Part shown: positions 36,345-48,919 of the stretch, piece by piece
Position numbering within the stretch: the stretch's first letter is position 1
Layout: each line of letters starts with the position of its first letter
Source of the DNA: Mobula hypostoma
Taxonomy: Eukaryota
Direction of reading: 5' to 3'
Length of the DNA: 64,000 nucleotides
Assembly: GCF_963921235.1 (NCBI RefSeq)
Contig: NC_086097.1
Location: forward strand, 58,344,001 to 58,408,000
The notes under the pieces: generated by a model
Told to the model about the DNA's origin: nothing
The model's database searches: none
What the model saw: only the letters and a program-made list of their open reading frames with translations
Position numbers and translations under genes: made by a program

Positions 36345-37041
36345 CAGACATCCCACCCTGCAAAAACTCATTTCAGGGAGGTAGCACCATCAATTTGCGG
36401 GAGACTTCCAGGAGAAGTGGGATGTCTGCAATAGAGTAGCTCCTTAGCAGCTAGCCAGCTAGTTTAAATAACATTAGCTATGCTAATGAACGAATGACAC
36501 CTGTTAAACTTACATCAACATGTCTTTTACAGCTTTAACCCACCATGGGCAATAGAAAAGTCACTGTTGCAAACAGTGCAGCGTGCAACACTGTCATTAT
36601 TTTTGACCCCTTTTAGTTAGAGGTACACTTTAGTGTAGTCTGGGGTGACATATGTTTTATATATTTTTTGGAACACTGCCATGACGCGCTCTCGCTCGCG
36701 CGCGCGCTCTCTCTCTCGTGGTCACTCGTGTGCTCTCAAGCGCTCTCACTTGCTTTCTGTCTCGCTCGCGCTCTCTCGCTTGCTTTCGCTCTCGCTCGCG
36801 CGCTCTCTCGCTTGCTTTCGCTCTCGCTCGCGCGCTCTCCCTTGCTTTCTCTCTTGCTCGCTCTCTCACGCTCACTTGCTCTCGCTCTCTCTCGTGTGCG
36901 CTCTCGTGCTCTCTCTCGCTTTCTCTCGCTCGCTCTCAAAAAAATTGATTTCCGTGATATTGTATATAAATTGCGGGCATCAGGAAGCCACTATTAATAT
37001 GCGGGATACTCCCGGAACTTGCGGGAGAGGTGGGATGTCTG
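36345..37041. mobile_element. Non-autonomous TIR DNA transposon (superfamily uncertain) inserted in a Rex1 3' end (~36240-36344 and 37042-37290)
   Basis: 13-bp TIR cagacatcccacc / ggtgggatgtctg, subterminal gcgggaga repeats and imperfectly duplicated flanks agtacc / agtgcc. Confidence 0.75.
36686..36938. repeat. Compound (CT)n/(CTCG)n CpG-rich microsatellite
   Basis: cgctctcgctcgcgcgctctct... with a recurring ctcgcttgctttcgctctcgctcgcgcgctct unit. Confidence 0.92.
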
Positions 37042-38569
37042 AGTGCCCAACTACAATAAGGTGGACTCTTGATCTGACAATCTATCTTGCTATGGCCTTG
37101 CTCTTTATTGTCTGCTGCTGCTGCCCTTGCTCTGTCATTGCAACAATTTTCCTGTGTGCTGCTAGTGTTTTCCCTTGCAGTACCTCAAAGCATTATTGTA
37201 ATGGAATGATTTGTATGGATGGCATGCAAAACAGGTTTTCACTCTATCTCAGTATATGTGACAAGAATAAGCCAATGTATCAGTTTACCAGCTTATGTTG
37301 GTTTTGAGTTGGACAGCTATACTCTTTGCTTTTATATGTTCTTGTTGTCAGTAGTGACTGTGAGCAGTGACTGTTAATATTGGTGTTTGATTTTGGTCGA
37401 TTTGAGTGTTGATATTCAATTTGCCTATCATTTGAGTTTTGTAAAAGCAACTTTGGGCAAATGAGGAAGAGGACACAAAACAAACAAGGGTGTGTGGTGG
37501 TGGCAGAAAATGCACATAACTCAGGTAGAAAGCAGCAATGAGCAGTTTCTGAAATTGAGGCATTGATTAGCTGAATATGGTTGCTGAGGGAATACTCTTG
37601 GAATTGGTTATATGTCATTATCGGATATACCTAATCACTGAATGCAGGTGATAAAACCTAGACGGTTTAAAATGTGCTAGTTATAGAGCATTCAGATTGA
37701 TATACTTGATTTCCATCATTGTATTCCATTGCTGGAATTTAAAATTCTTAAGTGCCATATTTGAAAAGCCAAGTTCTGCCTTCTATTACCAGTAAGATTA
37801 TGAAGCATCCATTTTAACACTAAACGCCTCCTGTTTGTCCAACAACCAAACAGTAACGGCTATTGTTTCTAAAGGGATGGTACAATCCTCTACTACTGCA
37901 GCAAATGTATTTGACTGTGATGCAGAGGGATGACGTGGATATCGGGAAGTGTGTCCCAAGATACTTGGGAGAGATATAGAAGACCTGGAAGCAATTGTAG
38001 AAAGAAAGGCATTTGTTTTGTGTCATTTAAGCTCCCATCTTTTGATGTTACAATGGCTTGCAGATATTGCATAGTGGTAGATTGCATTTGGTGGAGGTTT
38101 GAGGCTGGGATATGTGACTTTGGACAAAAGTCAGAGAAATCATGGTTCTTTAAATAGCTATATTGCAGAGTAAACCTTACAAATGAGCTGTGATCCTAAT
38201 GGGAATGATGGATGACTTTGGACGAAAAAATGGGTGGGCAGAATAATATTGTCCAGTATCTCCTGTATGAGAAATAAAGTGCTGCAAAATTGACAAAATA
38301 TGTAGTAATCATTGTTGTTAAGATGTGATACGTGAATATGACTGTTGGCTTAGCTGAATATCTGCATGGGAGATTTGATAGTTATGCAGAACAGTCCTTT
38401 GTGCTTAATGGATGTTGATTCTTTTGATATCAGATGTCCATGTAACAAGTCAAAGAGAGGATGAGCTTGGAAGCAGGTTCTTTGGCAGTGGGATCTGAAC
38501 TGACCATCAAGCACTTTCTAGATTACACTTGTACACATGAATCCTATCCTTCTGTTCTTGCCAGGTTCT

Positions 38570-38750
38570 CCTGCTAGCCATGTGCACTAGGGATTATTTA
38601 CAGGAGTCAACTAACCTACTGAACCACCTGGAACAATCCATATAGCCACAAGCAGAAAGCTCTATATGGACCAGACCAGAGTTTGGAATTGAACCTGGGT
38701 GTCTGGAGCTGTTAGGCAGCAGTGCTTACTGCAGTATCTCTGTGATGCCC
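38570..38750 (-). mobile_element. Degraded tRNA-derived SINE
   Basis: ggaattgaacctgggtgtctggagctgttaggcagcagtgc is a reverse-complement tRNA-like head. Confidence 0.6.
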
Positions 38751-39884
38751 CCTCTTGTAGTGAAGCCTTGAACCTGAAATGAATGTTGCTGGACTTGCTG
38801 AATATTTCCAACTCCCCCCCCCCGGAATATATGATGTGATGTCATTTCCTGTAAAGAAATGTGGGAATGGGGAGGGAGGGATGAAGCAAGGGGAGGTGGT
38901 GAGAGAACATGTTAATAATTTTGTTATTCAATTATTGCCTCACAGCTGTGGAGAATTGGACTCGATCCTGCCTTATTTTAAGCAAGTAAAAAAAAAAATT
39001 TTTTATCTTGTCTGTAGACACTTAGAAGCTAAGTAAGAGTTTTCATGATTTGGTGTTGGGATTTGGCCAGGTAGTATTGGCAAAATAATAACCAAGAGAA
39101 TTGTTTGAGGGCAAAATATACGTTGAACAATATATTTGATTTTGATAGGAATACTAATTATTTAAAGCCTCTGCAATCTAAAGAACGTGCTGCATTATCT
39201 ACTTCCAGATAAGACAACCTGAAACTAAATACATCACAAAGTGCAATACTAAGAGTGATAGCTGAATTTACTTAGAATGCTTTTTTCAAAAAAGCTGGCA
39301 CTCTAAACTCTCAGTTTTAGATGTGCCCTTTTGACATCACATGTGGGAAATATATTCACTTTACATTCTATTGCTGTTAGCACTTTGGTTACTGATTATT
39401 ATTAACTTGCAATGGGATTTTATTTCTTTTAATGACGCAGTTACTGAACTTTGATACAGATGGTTCCTCTATAAGATACCTAGTAGTTATTGTAACTTTC
39501 ACTGTATAAGATGTTGGAGTTGGTCAGTTGTCAGCAGGAAATTCCTTGAGGTTTGTTTCAATTTGTTGTATGTGAAACTAAGGGTGTTATTTTTTTCTCT
39601 CATTTTTATTGTATTGCAGGTTGAGTCATCAGCCCATAATGATAATGAAGTGTTAATAAGAATTCCATTCATTAATAAACTGATGTTTTGTGGTTTAGGA
39701 AGTTCAGTTGAGTACTTGTATACTGGGCTGATGTAATTTTTGTATTTGATTTGTGTTGATTCGCAAACTCAGAATCTGAATCGTAGATCCTGGATGGTAT
39801 TAGTTTATAGCTATGATGTCATTTAGAATTTTGAGCTTATCATGTTTTTGTTAATTCTGAGCTTATGGAACAACTGCCTTGTGG

Positions 39885-40575
39885 TCCACAAACATCACTC
39901 TGCAAGTCATAATCTCCCAGTGGCCACACATTTAAATTCCACATCCCATTCCCATTGTGATATGTCTATCCACGGCCTCCTCTACTGTCAAGATGAAGCC
40001 ACACTCAGGTTGGAGGAACAGCACATTATATTCTGTCTGGGTAGCCTCCAACCTGATGGCATGAACATTGACTTCTCTGACTTCCATTAATACCTCTCCT
40101 CCCCTTCGTACCCCATCATTCATTCATGCATTTATTTATTTATTTATTTATTTTAAATTTGTTTCCCCTTTTTTTTCTCTCTCTCTTTCTTCTCCCCCTG
40201 TCCCTCTCACAATCACTCCTTGCCTGCTCTCCATCCTCTGGGCTGGTTTCCCCTCCCCCTTTCTTTCTCCCTTGGCTTCCCATCCCATGATTCTCTCCCT
40301 TCTCCAGCCTCATATCCCTTTTGCCAATCAACTTTCCAGCTCTTGGCTCCATCCCTCCCACTCCTGTCTTCTCCTATCATTTTGGATCTCCCCCTCCCCC
40401 TCCCACTTTAAAATCTCTTACTATCTGTTCTTTCAGTTAGTCCTGATGAAGGGTCTCGTCCCGAAACGTCGACTGTACCTCTTCCTATAGATGCTGCCTG
40501 GCCTGCTGCATTCCACCAGCATTTTGTGTGTGTTGCTTGAATTTCCAGCATCTGCATATTTCCTCGTGTTTGCGT
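39885..40575 (+). mobile_element. Penelope-like element 3' end (GIY-YIG C-terminus, pyrimidine-rich spacer, hammerhead, tail)
   Basis: ORF 39842-40090 ends LPVATHLNSTSHSHCDMSIHGLLYCQDEATLRLEEQHIIFCLGSLQPDGMNIDFSDF. Confidence 0.88.
40439..40474 (+). ncRNA. Minimal type-I hammerhead ribozyme motif
   Basis: agtc-CTGATGA-a-ggg-tctcgt-ccc-GAAA-cGTC-gact. Palindromic ACGT forms the stem III region. Predicted cleavage after 40470. Confidence 0.8.
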
Positions 40576-40759
40576 TCATAATCTATAGCATTGCTTTCCT
40601 GAACCTTTAGAAGATTTCCCTGGCTGTTGACATTTCTCATGCTCCCCACAGAACAAAAGATCCTGTGGAAATTCCAATGTTTCAGATTACTTCCATTACT
40701 TCATTTTTTCAAAATAATTTCCAGCAACGTAATTATTGAAATGGTCTTCTGGTCAGGGA

Positions 40760-41620
40760 TAGATGCTGGAGGAACTTGGCAAGTTAGACAGCATCAATGG
40801 AGGGGAATGAACAGTTGACATTTTTGAGCCAGGACCTTTCATCGGGATTAGATAGAAAGTTCTATTGCTACGATAAGGCCACACTCAGGTTGGAGGAGTA
40901 ACACCTCCTAGTCCATCTGGGTAGCCTCCAATCTGATGGCTTGAACATCGATTTCTCTAACTTCTGGTAATTGCTTCTCCCCTTGCCCTTCTCTGTCTCT
41001 CTTTTTTTATTTCCCATTCTTGTTTCCCCTCTCTCCCTTTCTCTTTTCCTCCCCGGCCCATGAACACCTGGTGCCTCTCCTCCTTCCATATCTTCCATGG
41101 TCACTATGCTCTCCTATCAGATTCCTCCTTCATCCCTTTGCCTCTTCCACCTTTCAGCCCCTTACTTCATCGATCCGTCCATCTTGGTTTCACTTGCTAT
41201 CTTCCAACTTGTACTACTTCCCCTCTCCCCTCCTCCTTATTTTGCCCTTTTCTTTTCCAGTCTTGATGAAGGATCTTGTCTGGAAACATCAACTGTTTAT
41301 TCCTCTCCACAGATGTTGTCTGATTTGCTGATGTCCTCCAGTGTTTTGAGCGCATGTCTCTGGGTATCCAGCATTGGCAGAATCTCTTATGTTTATGTAG
41401 TGTTGAGGCATTGGCTATAACTAATTAAATTAAAAGTGCTGGTAGCACTCTGCTGGTCAGTCAGTGTCTGAGGAAAGAGAAACAGAGTTAATGTCGGAGT
41501 TTCTTCATCAGAATTGGAAAGGGAAAAAATGAGTTGGGTGAAGGGGGTGGATTTAGCAATAGGGAATATCCCTGATAGAGCGAGGCCGGGGTAGTGACGA
41601 GAGAAACTGTAAAGGTGTAG
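40760..41620. mobile_element. Older Penelope fragments in both orientations with degenerate hammerheads
   Basis: aaggccacactcaggttggaggag...gggtagcctccaatctgatggcttgaacatcg (GIY-YIG end) at ~40875-40965. Degenerate cagtcttgatgaagg...gaaacatcaactg at ~41258-41295. Reverse tails at 40760-40850 and 41430-41520. Confidence 0.7.
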
Positions 41621-42402
41621 ATCTGGTCAATGGGCGCCAATTGTACAGAATGCTTTTCTTTCTTCATAAAAGTATTGGAATGAGGGCAGTTGGAAAGTGA
41701 GAGTTCCAGGAGAAAGCAAGGACAATAGAGAAGCAAATCAAGCTGTGACAGTTCTTCACTTGGAATGCACCTTCCATATTGCTTAAAACTTGCTGAGAAG
41801 TTAGAAGTGAAATCATAATGTAAAAAATCTTGTTGTTCGACCACAATGGAAAGCTGCTGGCATATATATTATTGATGAGCCAACTTTTTGACTGTGCAGC
41901 TGTTCCGATCTGATTACAGGTCCCTTTGTGAACAATTCATCATCCAACTGGCCTGCCAGGATGTGATCATATCCTCTCCCTCAAATTGTCATTTTTCTAA
42001 GTTAAGTTTTGTTTCGTCATGCTGTGCGTTGTGTTGACAGATGGGAACTAGACCAGTCTAGTTTATTTCTGTCAATGATTATTTAAATTGAATTACTTTG
42101 CAGCTGTGCAGTTTACTTGACATGTATGGACACCAGTGTGATTATGTTAAATATATCTCAACTACCTGTAGTGAACAGCGCAAAATTTACTTGAAGATGT
42201 CCGGTTATAATTTTAGTTGAAGTATATAAACTGTCTTAAGATTTTTCTAAGTAAAATGTGCTGAATAGTTAAAATGATTGCATCAAGCACTATATTATGT
42301 GGATCTGGTGAACTATGATTGTCTTTTTTTTACTCATGTTATTGTTTCTGTGGTGTTTTGCAGAACTCATCAGCTGTTGTGAGTAAACAGAGAATCATGA
42401 GC

Positions 42403-42585
42403 ATGGCACCTCGAAAGCGAAGCAGTCGGGGCCTTTCCTTTATATTCTGCTGCTTTCGGGGGAGTGACCACCCAGAGATCACGTACAGGCTGAGGAATGA
42501 CAGCAATTTTGCACTGCAGACGATGGAGCCTGCATTGCCTATGCCTCCACCTGAAGAACTGGATGTTATGTTCTCCGAGCTTGTG
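42403..42585 (+). CDS. DAAM1: First coding exon of Dishevelled-associated activator of morphogenesis 1 (formin), N-terminus and start of the GTPase-binding region. Exon spans 42364-42585 including 5' leader.
   Basis: Translates [61 protein letters not shown], near-identical to the vertebrate DAAM1 N-terminus as I recall it and unlike DAAM2. Pyrimidine-rich acceptor ...gttttgcag ends at 42363 and phase-0 donor GTG|gtatgt starts at 42586. ATG 42403 has a strong Kozak context (agcATGG). A second in-frame ATG lies at 42397. Confidence 0.96.
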
Positions 42586-43234
42586 GTATGTATTTTGAAT
42601 GCAGACAGTCAAATTAACTATTAGCCTTTGGCGATGTACATCATCAGCAAGTGTCAGTTTCTTTGAGCGTTGCAGGCACTTGTGAAATCCTACAACAATG
42701 AAAATAGTAAAGGCTGCAAAATATTTTCTTCCAGTAAGCAAAGAGATACTTGTACAACTGTTTTTCTATTGTTATTAATTCACTAATTATGTTTTCTTTA
42801 ACAATGTTAACATTATCACATGAGGAAAGGTAAAGCTTTTGATATCAGTGCTAGGCTTTGTGTTGAGGTGATTTTGGGTCAGAGCTGGCTCCTTTTGTGA
42901 AAGGCGTTACCGAAGACAAAAGGAAGAAGGTGTCTAAAACTGGGTGGATGATTGAGTTATGAGTAACTTGTGTGCCCATTTTCAGTCATAAAATGTATAT
43001 TAAAAGCTATGCATTTGTCATTTTATGCATGTCTGCATTTAGTATTTAAATAAAACTAGATAAGGTAACATTTTTAAATTGCAATTCTAAAAAATGTAAG
43101 TTTCTCCAAAGAAAAGCTTGTAAATTATCTTTTTACAATGAGCTGTAGAGTTCCGAGGAATTATTATTTAGCTATACAGAGAATAATTGACTGTTAACAT
43201 ATTAAACTAAGTATACTTATTATCTAAGTACATA

Positions 43235-43728
43235 TATGCCACCAGATACAACCCTAAGATTCATTTTCTTGTGGGCATCCACAGTAAATACAAGAAACAG
43301 AATAGAAACAATGAAAGACCACCCCTGACAGGATGGACAACACAATGAACAAACCATGTAAATAAAAAAATAAATAATAATAAATAAATAAATAAGGAAT
43401 AAGTATCAAGAACGTGAGATGAAAAGTCCTTGAAAGCGAGTCCATAGCTTGTGGGAGCAGTTATGGATGAGGCAAGTCAGTTTATCACCTCTGGTTCAAG
43501 AGCCTGATGGTTGAGGGGTAATAACTGTTCCTGAACCTCTGATCTCTCAGTGAGGACTGGTTAATGGACCTCCAGTCTCTTCCTCCTGAAATCAATAATC
43601 ATCTCCCTGGTGTTTTTGACATTGAGTGAGAGGTTGTTGTGGCACCACTCAGCCGGATTTTCAATCTCCCTCCTATATGCTGATTTGTCACCACCTTTGA
43701 TTTGGCCAGTGACAGTGGTGTCGTCAGT
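43235..43728 (-). mobile_element. Rex1/Babar 3' fragment with internal deletion
   Basis: Tail motifs ttcattttcttgtgggcat and ggttcaagagcctgatggttgaggggtaataactgttcc are shared with 13505-14570. Confidence 0.78.
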
Positions 43729-44223
43729 CATAGAATTTAGTTCTCCTTAATTCAACCTAAATTCTATTTTTGAAATAATTGCAGGATTGCTTGTACTCTG
43801 AAAAGTATGTTTGTCAAGTTGGATGATTAAAAGATCTACAATCCTTTGTGCTGTGTTTGAAATTGCTGTCTGGATGAGCTTGCAGTGGAATGCAGAGCCT
43901 CCAGTTGGGTAGCTATTGCTTCAAAACATGAGTGCCATGTTAGTACTGCTGCTTCAGTAAAGTGACTATATAGATTAAAAATAGACATTGTGGTTCTTTT
44001 ATAGTAATCTTCAATGGGGTCAAATCCTATTTGCAAACCTTTCCAACTACTTGTTATTATCGGTCTGCACTGAATTTATGAGTTGTGGTTTTGTGGTAGT
44101 TTCTCTTGAATGAGAGAGCAAAAGAATGCCATGTATGTGAGACTTTTATAGAGTGAAAATTGTTCTGAAGAAAAAATTGTTAATGAAGGCTAAATGTAAT
44201 GGAAAATGATGAAATTAAATTTT

Positions 44224-46565
44224 CAAAGTTCAAAGTAAATTTATTATCAAAGTACATGTATGTCACTGTATACAACCCTGAGATTCACTCTATTGCAAGC
44301 ATGCAATATCTATAACATAATAGAATAATAACCATGATAGAAACAATGAAAGACCGCACCAACTTGGGTGTTCAACAAGTGTGTAAATAAGAGAAGACTG
44401 CAAGTACAAAAAGAAAGAAACAATAATAATAAGTAATAAATATCGAGAACATGAGATGAAGAGTCTTTGAAAGTGAGTCCATAGGTTGTGGGATGATGTC
44501 CATGACGGGCAAGTGAAGTTGAATTAAGCTATCCCCTTTGGTTTGAGAGCCTGATGGTTGAGAAGTAATAACTGTACTTAAACCTGCTGGTGTGAGTCCT
44601 GAGGCCCTTGTACCTTAGCTGATGACGGGATGACCTGAGTGGTGGGGGTCCCTGATGATGGATGCTGCTTTCCTTCGACAACATTTCTTGTAGGTGTGCT
44701 CAATGGTAGCTAGGGATGGACTGGGACATATCCACTACTTTTTGTAGGATTTTCTGTTCAAAGGCATTGCTGTTTCCATACCAGGCTGTGATGCATCCAT
44801 TTAATATACTCTCCACCACACATCTTTAGAAGTTTGTCAAAGATTTAGATGTCATGCTGAATCTTCGCAAGCTCCTAAGGAAGTAGAGGCACTGGCATGC
44901 TTTCTTCGTAGTCGTACTTGTGGGCTGGGCCCAGGACAGGTCCTCTGAAATAACAACACTGAGGAATGGAAGGTTGCTGACCCTTCTCACCTCTGGTCCT
45001 CAGACGAGGACTGGCTCCTGGACCTCTGGTTTCCTCGTCCTGAAGACAATAAACATCCCTGGGGTTTTGCTGCCATTGAGTAAGAGATTATCGTTATGGC
45101 ACCACTTAGCCAGATTTTCAATCCCCCTTTTCTGCAGATTCATTACCACCTTTCATTCAGTCTGTGACGGTATATGACATTGGAGTTGTACTTAGCCACA
45201 CAGTCAGATAACCATATAACAATTACAGCATGGAAACAGGCCATCTCGGCCCTTCTAGCCCATGCCGAACGCTTACTCTCACCTTATTCTCGTAAGTGTA
45301 AAGCAAGTATAGCAGGGAGTTAAGCACACAGTCCTGTGTGCACCTGTACTGAGGGAGATTGTGGAGGAGGTGTTTTTGCCATTTCACGCTGACTGGGGGT
45401 TACATGTGAGGAAGTCGAAGATCCAATTGGTCAAGGAGGTATTGAGGCCAAAGTCTTCAAGCTTATTGATTAGTTTTGTGGGGGTGATAGTATTGAATGC
45501 CAAGCTGTAGTTGATAAGGAGCATCCTGATATATGCATCTCTGCTGTCCAGATGTTCCAGGGTTGAGTGAAGAGTCAATGAGTTAACATCTGCTGTGGCC
45601 CTATTGTGACAGTTGGTACATTGGAACAGATCTAAATCGCTTCTCAGGCAGGAGTTGATGTGTTTTATCACCAGTCTCTCAAAACACTTCACTGTGTATA
45701 CTGGACCATAGTCATTGAAGCAGGTTACCACATTCTTCTTGGGCACTGGTGTAAGTGAAGTCTATTTGAAGCAGATGCGTATCTCAGACTACCAAAGCAA
45801 GGGGTTATAGATCTCAGTGAACGCTCCAGCCAGTTGATCAGCACAGGTCTTTAGCACTTGGCTAGATACCCAATCTGGGCTGGATGCTTTCTATGGGTTT
45901 ACCAACCTGAAGGCTGCTTGAATGTCGGCCTCAAAGACTGAAAATCACAAGATCATTGAGGGCTGTGGTTGCTCATGATGGTTCTTCCATGTTTGAAAGT
46001 CAAAGCTAGCATAGAAAGCATTGAGCTCATCTGGAACGTGAAGCCTTGTTGTCACTTATGTCACTTGATTTTACTTTATAAGAGGTGATAGTATTCAAGC
46101 CCTGCCACAACTGTCGAGCTTTCTTTGTTGATTCAAGTTTAATCCAGAATTGCCACTTTGGTCACCAGACTTGAAAGTCTCTGATCTGGCCCTCAGCAGA
46201 TTGTGGGCCTCATTGTTTATCCAGGGCTTCTGGCTGGAGAAGACGGACTGATTTTGTGGGGACACACTCGTGTTTTAGTAAAGTTGTGACAACCATGGTG
46301 TATTCATTCAGATCTACATATGAGTCTTTGGACACAGCCCAGTACACTGACTCAAAGCAATCTTGTAGCTGCTCCTCTGTCTCTTGTGACCACCTCTTTG
46401 TTGTCGTAATCTTTGGAGATTTGCGCTTTAGTCTCTGCGAATATGCAGGAAGGAGAAGGACAGCCAAGTGATCAGATTTGCAGAAATGCGGCCTGGGCAT
46501 GGAATGGTCTTTAGTGATCTAGTGTGTGGGGACCTCTGGTACAACAAGTTGTATGCTGATGGTAA
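44224..46565 (-). mobile_element. Rex1/Babar LINE, long decayed copy (endonuclease end, RT and 3' tail), containing a short CR1-tail insert at ~45205-45290
   Basis: ORFs PRPHFCKSDHLAVLLLPAY (46210-46500) and KCFERLV...YIRMLLINYSLAFNTI...NWIFDFLT (45384-45746). Confidence 0.87.
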
Positions 46566-46714
46566 TTAAAAAGATAATGAAATAATTCTTCCTAAGCTGC
46601 CTTCTAGGGTTGTAGGTTACTATAATCAGAACTCCTATTTGTTGCAACTTGGAGTATCATCAACTAATTGGCACCTTGTGCTTCAAGTAACAAAAATTCA
46701 TTAATAAATATGAA

Positions 46715-47465
46715 TGTGATTTGTTTTACTTTGGGAGGACAAACCAGGGTAGGACTTACATAGTGAATGGTCGGGCACTGAGTATAGTAGAACAGAGGGA
46801 TCTGGGCATATCACAATTCCTTGTGGTGGTGTCACAGGTAGATAAGGTTGTAAAGAAAGCTTTTGGTACATTTGCTTTCATAAATCAAATTATTGAGTAC
46901 AGAAATTGGGATGTCTGAAGTTGAAGTTGTCGAAGATGTTGGTGAGGCCCAATTTGGAGTATTCTGTGCAGTTCTGTGCTCTTACCTCCAAGAAAGACGT
47001 CAGTAAGATGGAAAATGGACAGAGAAAATTTACAAGGATGTTGCTGGGTCTTGAGGACCCAAGTTATAGGAAAAAGTTGAATGGGTGAGAACTTTATTGC
47101 CTCAGGTGTTGGAGAATGAGGGGAGATTTGATAGGTGTATATCAAATTATGAGTTGTAATTGTATGCAGGCTTTTTCACTGAGGTTGGGTGAGACTAGAT
47201 CTAGAGCTCATGAGATGAGGGTGAAATGTGAAATGTTTAAGGGGAGTATGAGAAGCAACTTCTTCACTCGGTGTGTGGTGATAGTGTGGAGCAAGCTTCC
47301 AATGGAAGTAGTGGATACTGGTTCAGTTTCAACAGTTAAGAAGTTTGGATAAGTACATGGATGTGAAGGCTATAGTGCAGGTAGATAGGATTAGGCAGAA
47401 TAATAGTTTAGCATGGATTGGGTGGGCCAAAGAATTTGTTTTTGTGCTGTAATGTTCTGTGACTC
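46715..47465 (+). mobile_element. CR1 3' fragment
   Basis: YFGRTNQGRTYIVNG, LVRPNLEYSVQF...QRKFTRMLLGL, RGDLIGVYQIM and a tail gtgctgtaatgttctgtgactcta. Confidence 0.83.
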
Positions 47466-48919
47466 TAATAATTGTAGCTCATGCATTGCATATTTCTATA
47501 ACTACAAAAAATTATTTTGAGCAGTCTTCTGTAATAAACCAGTTGAAAGCAGTAGTTCAACACTAGAAAAAGTGCAATAATTGTGACATTGTAGGCACTA
47601 ATAAAAATGCAATAATTTGTGGTTTCTACTGAATGTTTGAAGATCTTTTAAAAAACACAACTAATTATCTGAGTACTTGTAAACAAATATTATAACAAGT
47701 TGGGATAGAGATTTTTCATCACAGTTGTTAAAATTAACACCTTTCTTAAATCTTTGGAATCCATCTGTTTGTTAACCAGGTCCAGATTTTGTTTTGATTT
47801 CAAGTGTACACTTTTATTGGTGAGGCTTCTGTTATAAACATTACCTATTCTTGGTGTGGAATTATCTCTTTCAAGTGGTTTATGATGACAGACTGATCGT
47901 CATAATTTCCTGTAGCTTGCCTCATAGCAGAAATTAGATAATGCTTGATTTGAAATAAGTGATGCTATTTTGCAATTATCCAAACTGCATCAAGTAGGAG
48001 TTTTGTTGAACGTGGTCTTTCATCTTAAGTTTTTTTAAAATGTTGCAGCTAAAGAAGCACTAAAGGTTGCTTCGAACTGTCTTTCTCACTCTGCAGTTTG
48101 TACATGTGTAAATCAGAATTGGCTTGTTGCTGCATGTAAGCTGGACTTTGAAATAATGAGAACGGTCATTTTTGACGTGATTGCGGATTGAAATTTGGCA
48201 GAATAACGGCAAAAAAAAAGTGCTGGAGGTACTCTGGATCGGGCAGCATCTGTGAAAGCAAAGGGATGTTCAGTTTGTTTTGTTAACTTGGAAATTGGGC
48301 TCCAATGGAAGCTCTCAGGAACTGCGAAATGTCTGTCATGATCTTTTGACTTAATTATACTTTTGCATTACATTCAAAAATCCACTGAATAAATAAAAGC
48401 ACATACCTCTTTATAAGCTCCTTTAGTACAGGCTTAGAATGTATAGCTTGCTTTTGACATTGGTTCAGGAGAAGCTTGCTGGGGAGGTATTCTTAATGGC
48501 CAGCTTATCTCTAACCTCTAAATGCTGTTCATTGCTGGATTCAGCACTGCCTCCTCAGTTTTATACTACCCATGAATGGGATACCTGATTGCCCTATGGG
48601 GTTGAAAAGATGAGTGGTGAGAACCTGACCTGGCCTGTTCTTGATCTGTAGTGTTAACTCTGTCCTTTTCCCACAATTGCAACTGGAACAACATAGATAG
48701 ATAGATACTTTATGGATCCCAAAGGAAATTACAGTGCTGCCAACACTTTCATTTTTCTTCAGTGTTTCCAGCAAATGAATTTTCTTTTGCTTCGTATGAA
48801 GCAGAAATCAAAAACTTATTTTCTTTAATTTTTTTTTACATTTAAATCAATTGGATATGTTTCTAATTAAACATTAATTTCTATTGTTTGCTTTTAATTA
48901 TCCAAGTTGATTTTAAATA

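Noticed and set aside
36645..37307. 220-aa ORF and overlapping RS/RE/LA-rich ORFs resembling SR proteins
   Set aside because: They are translations of the (CT)/(CTCG) microsatellite running into a Rex1 3'UTR, open in several frames on both strands.
42319..42624. Full 101-aa ORF as a single-exon gene, or assignment to DAAM2
   Set aside because: The flanks beyond the splice sites (before 42364, after 42585) are intronic, and the peptide matches DAAM1 rather than DAAM2.
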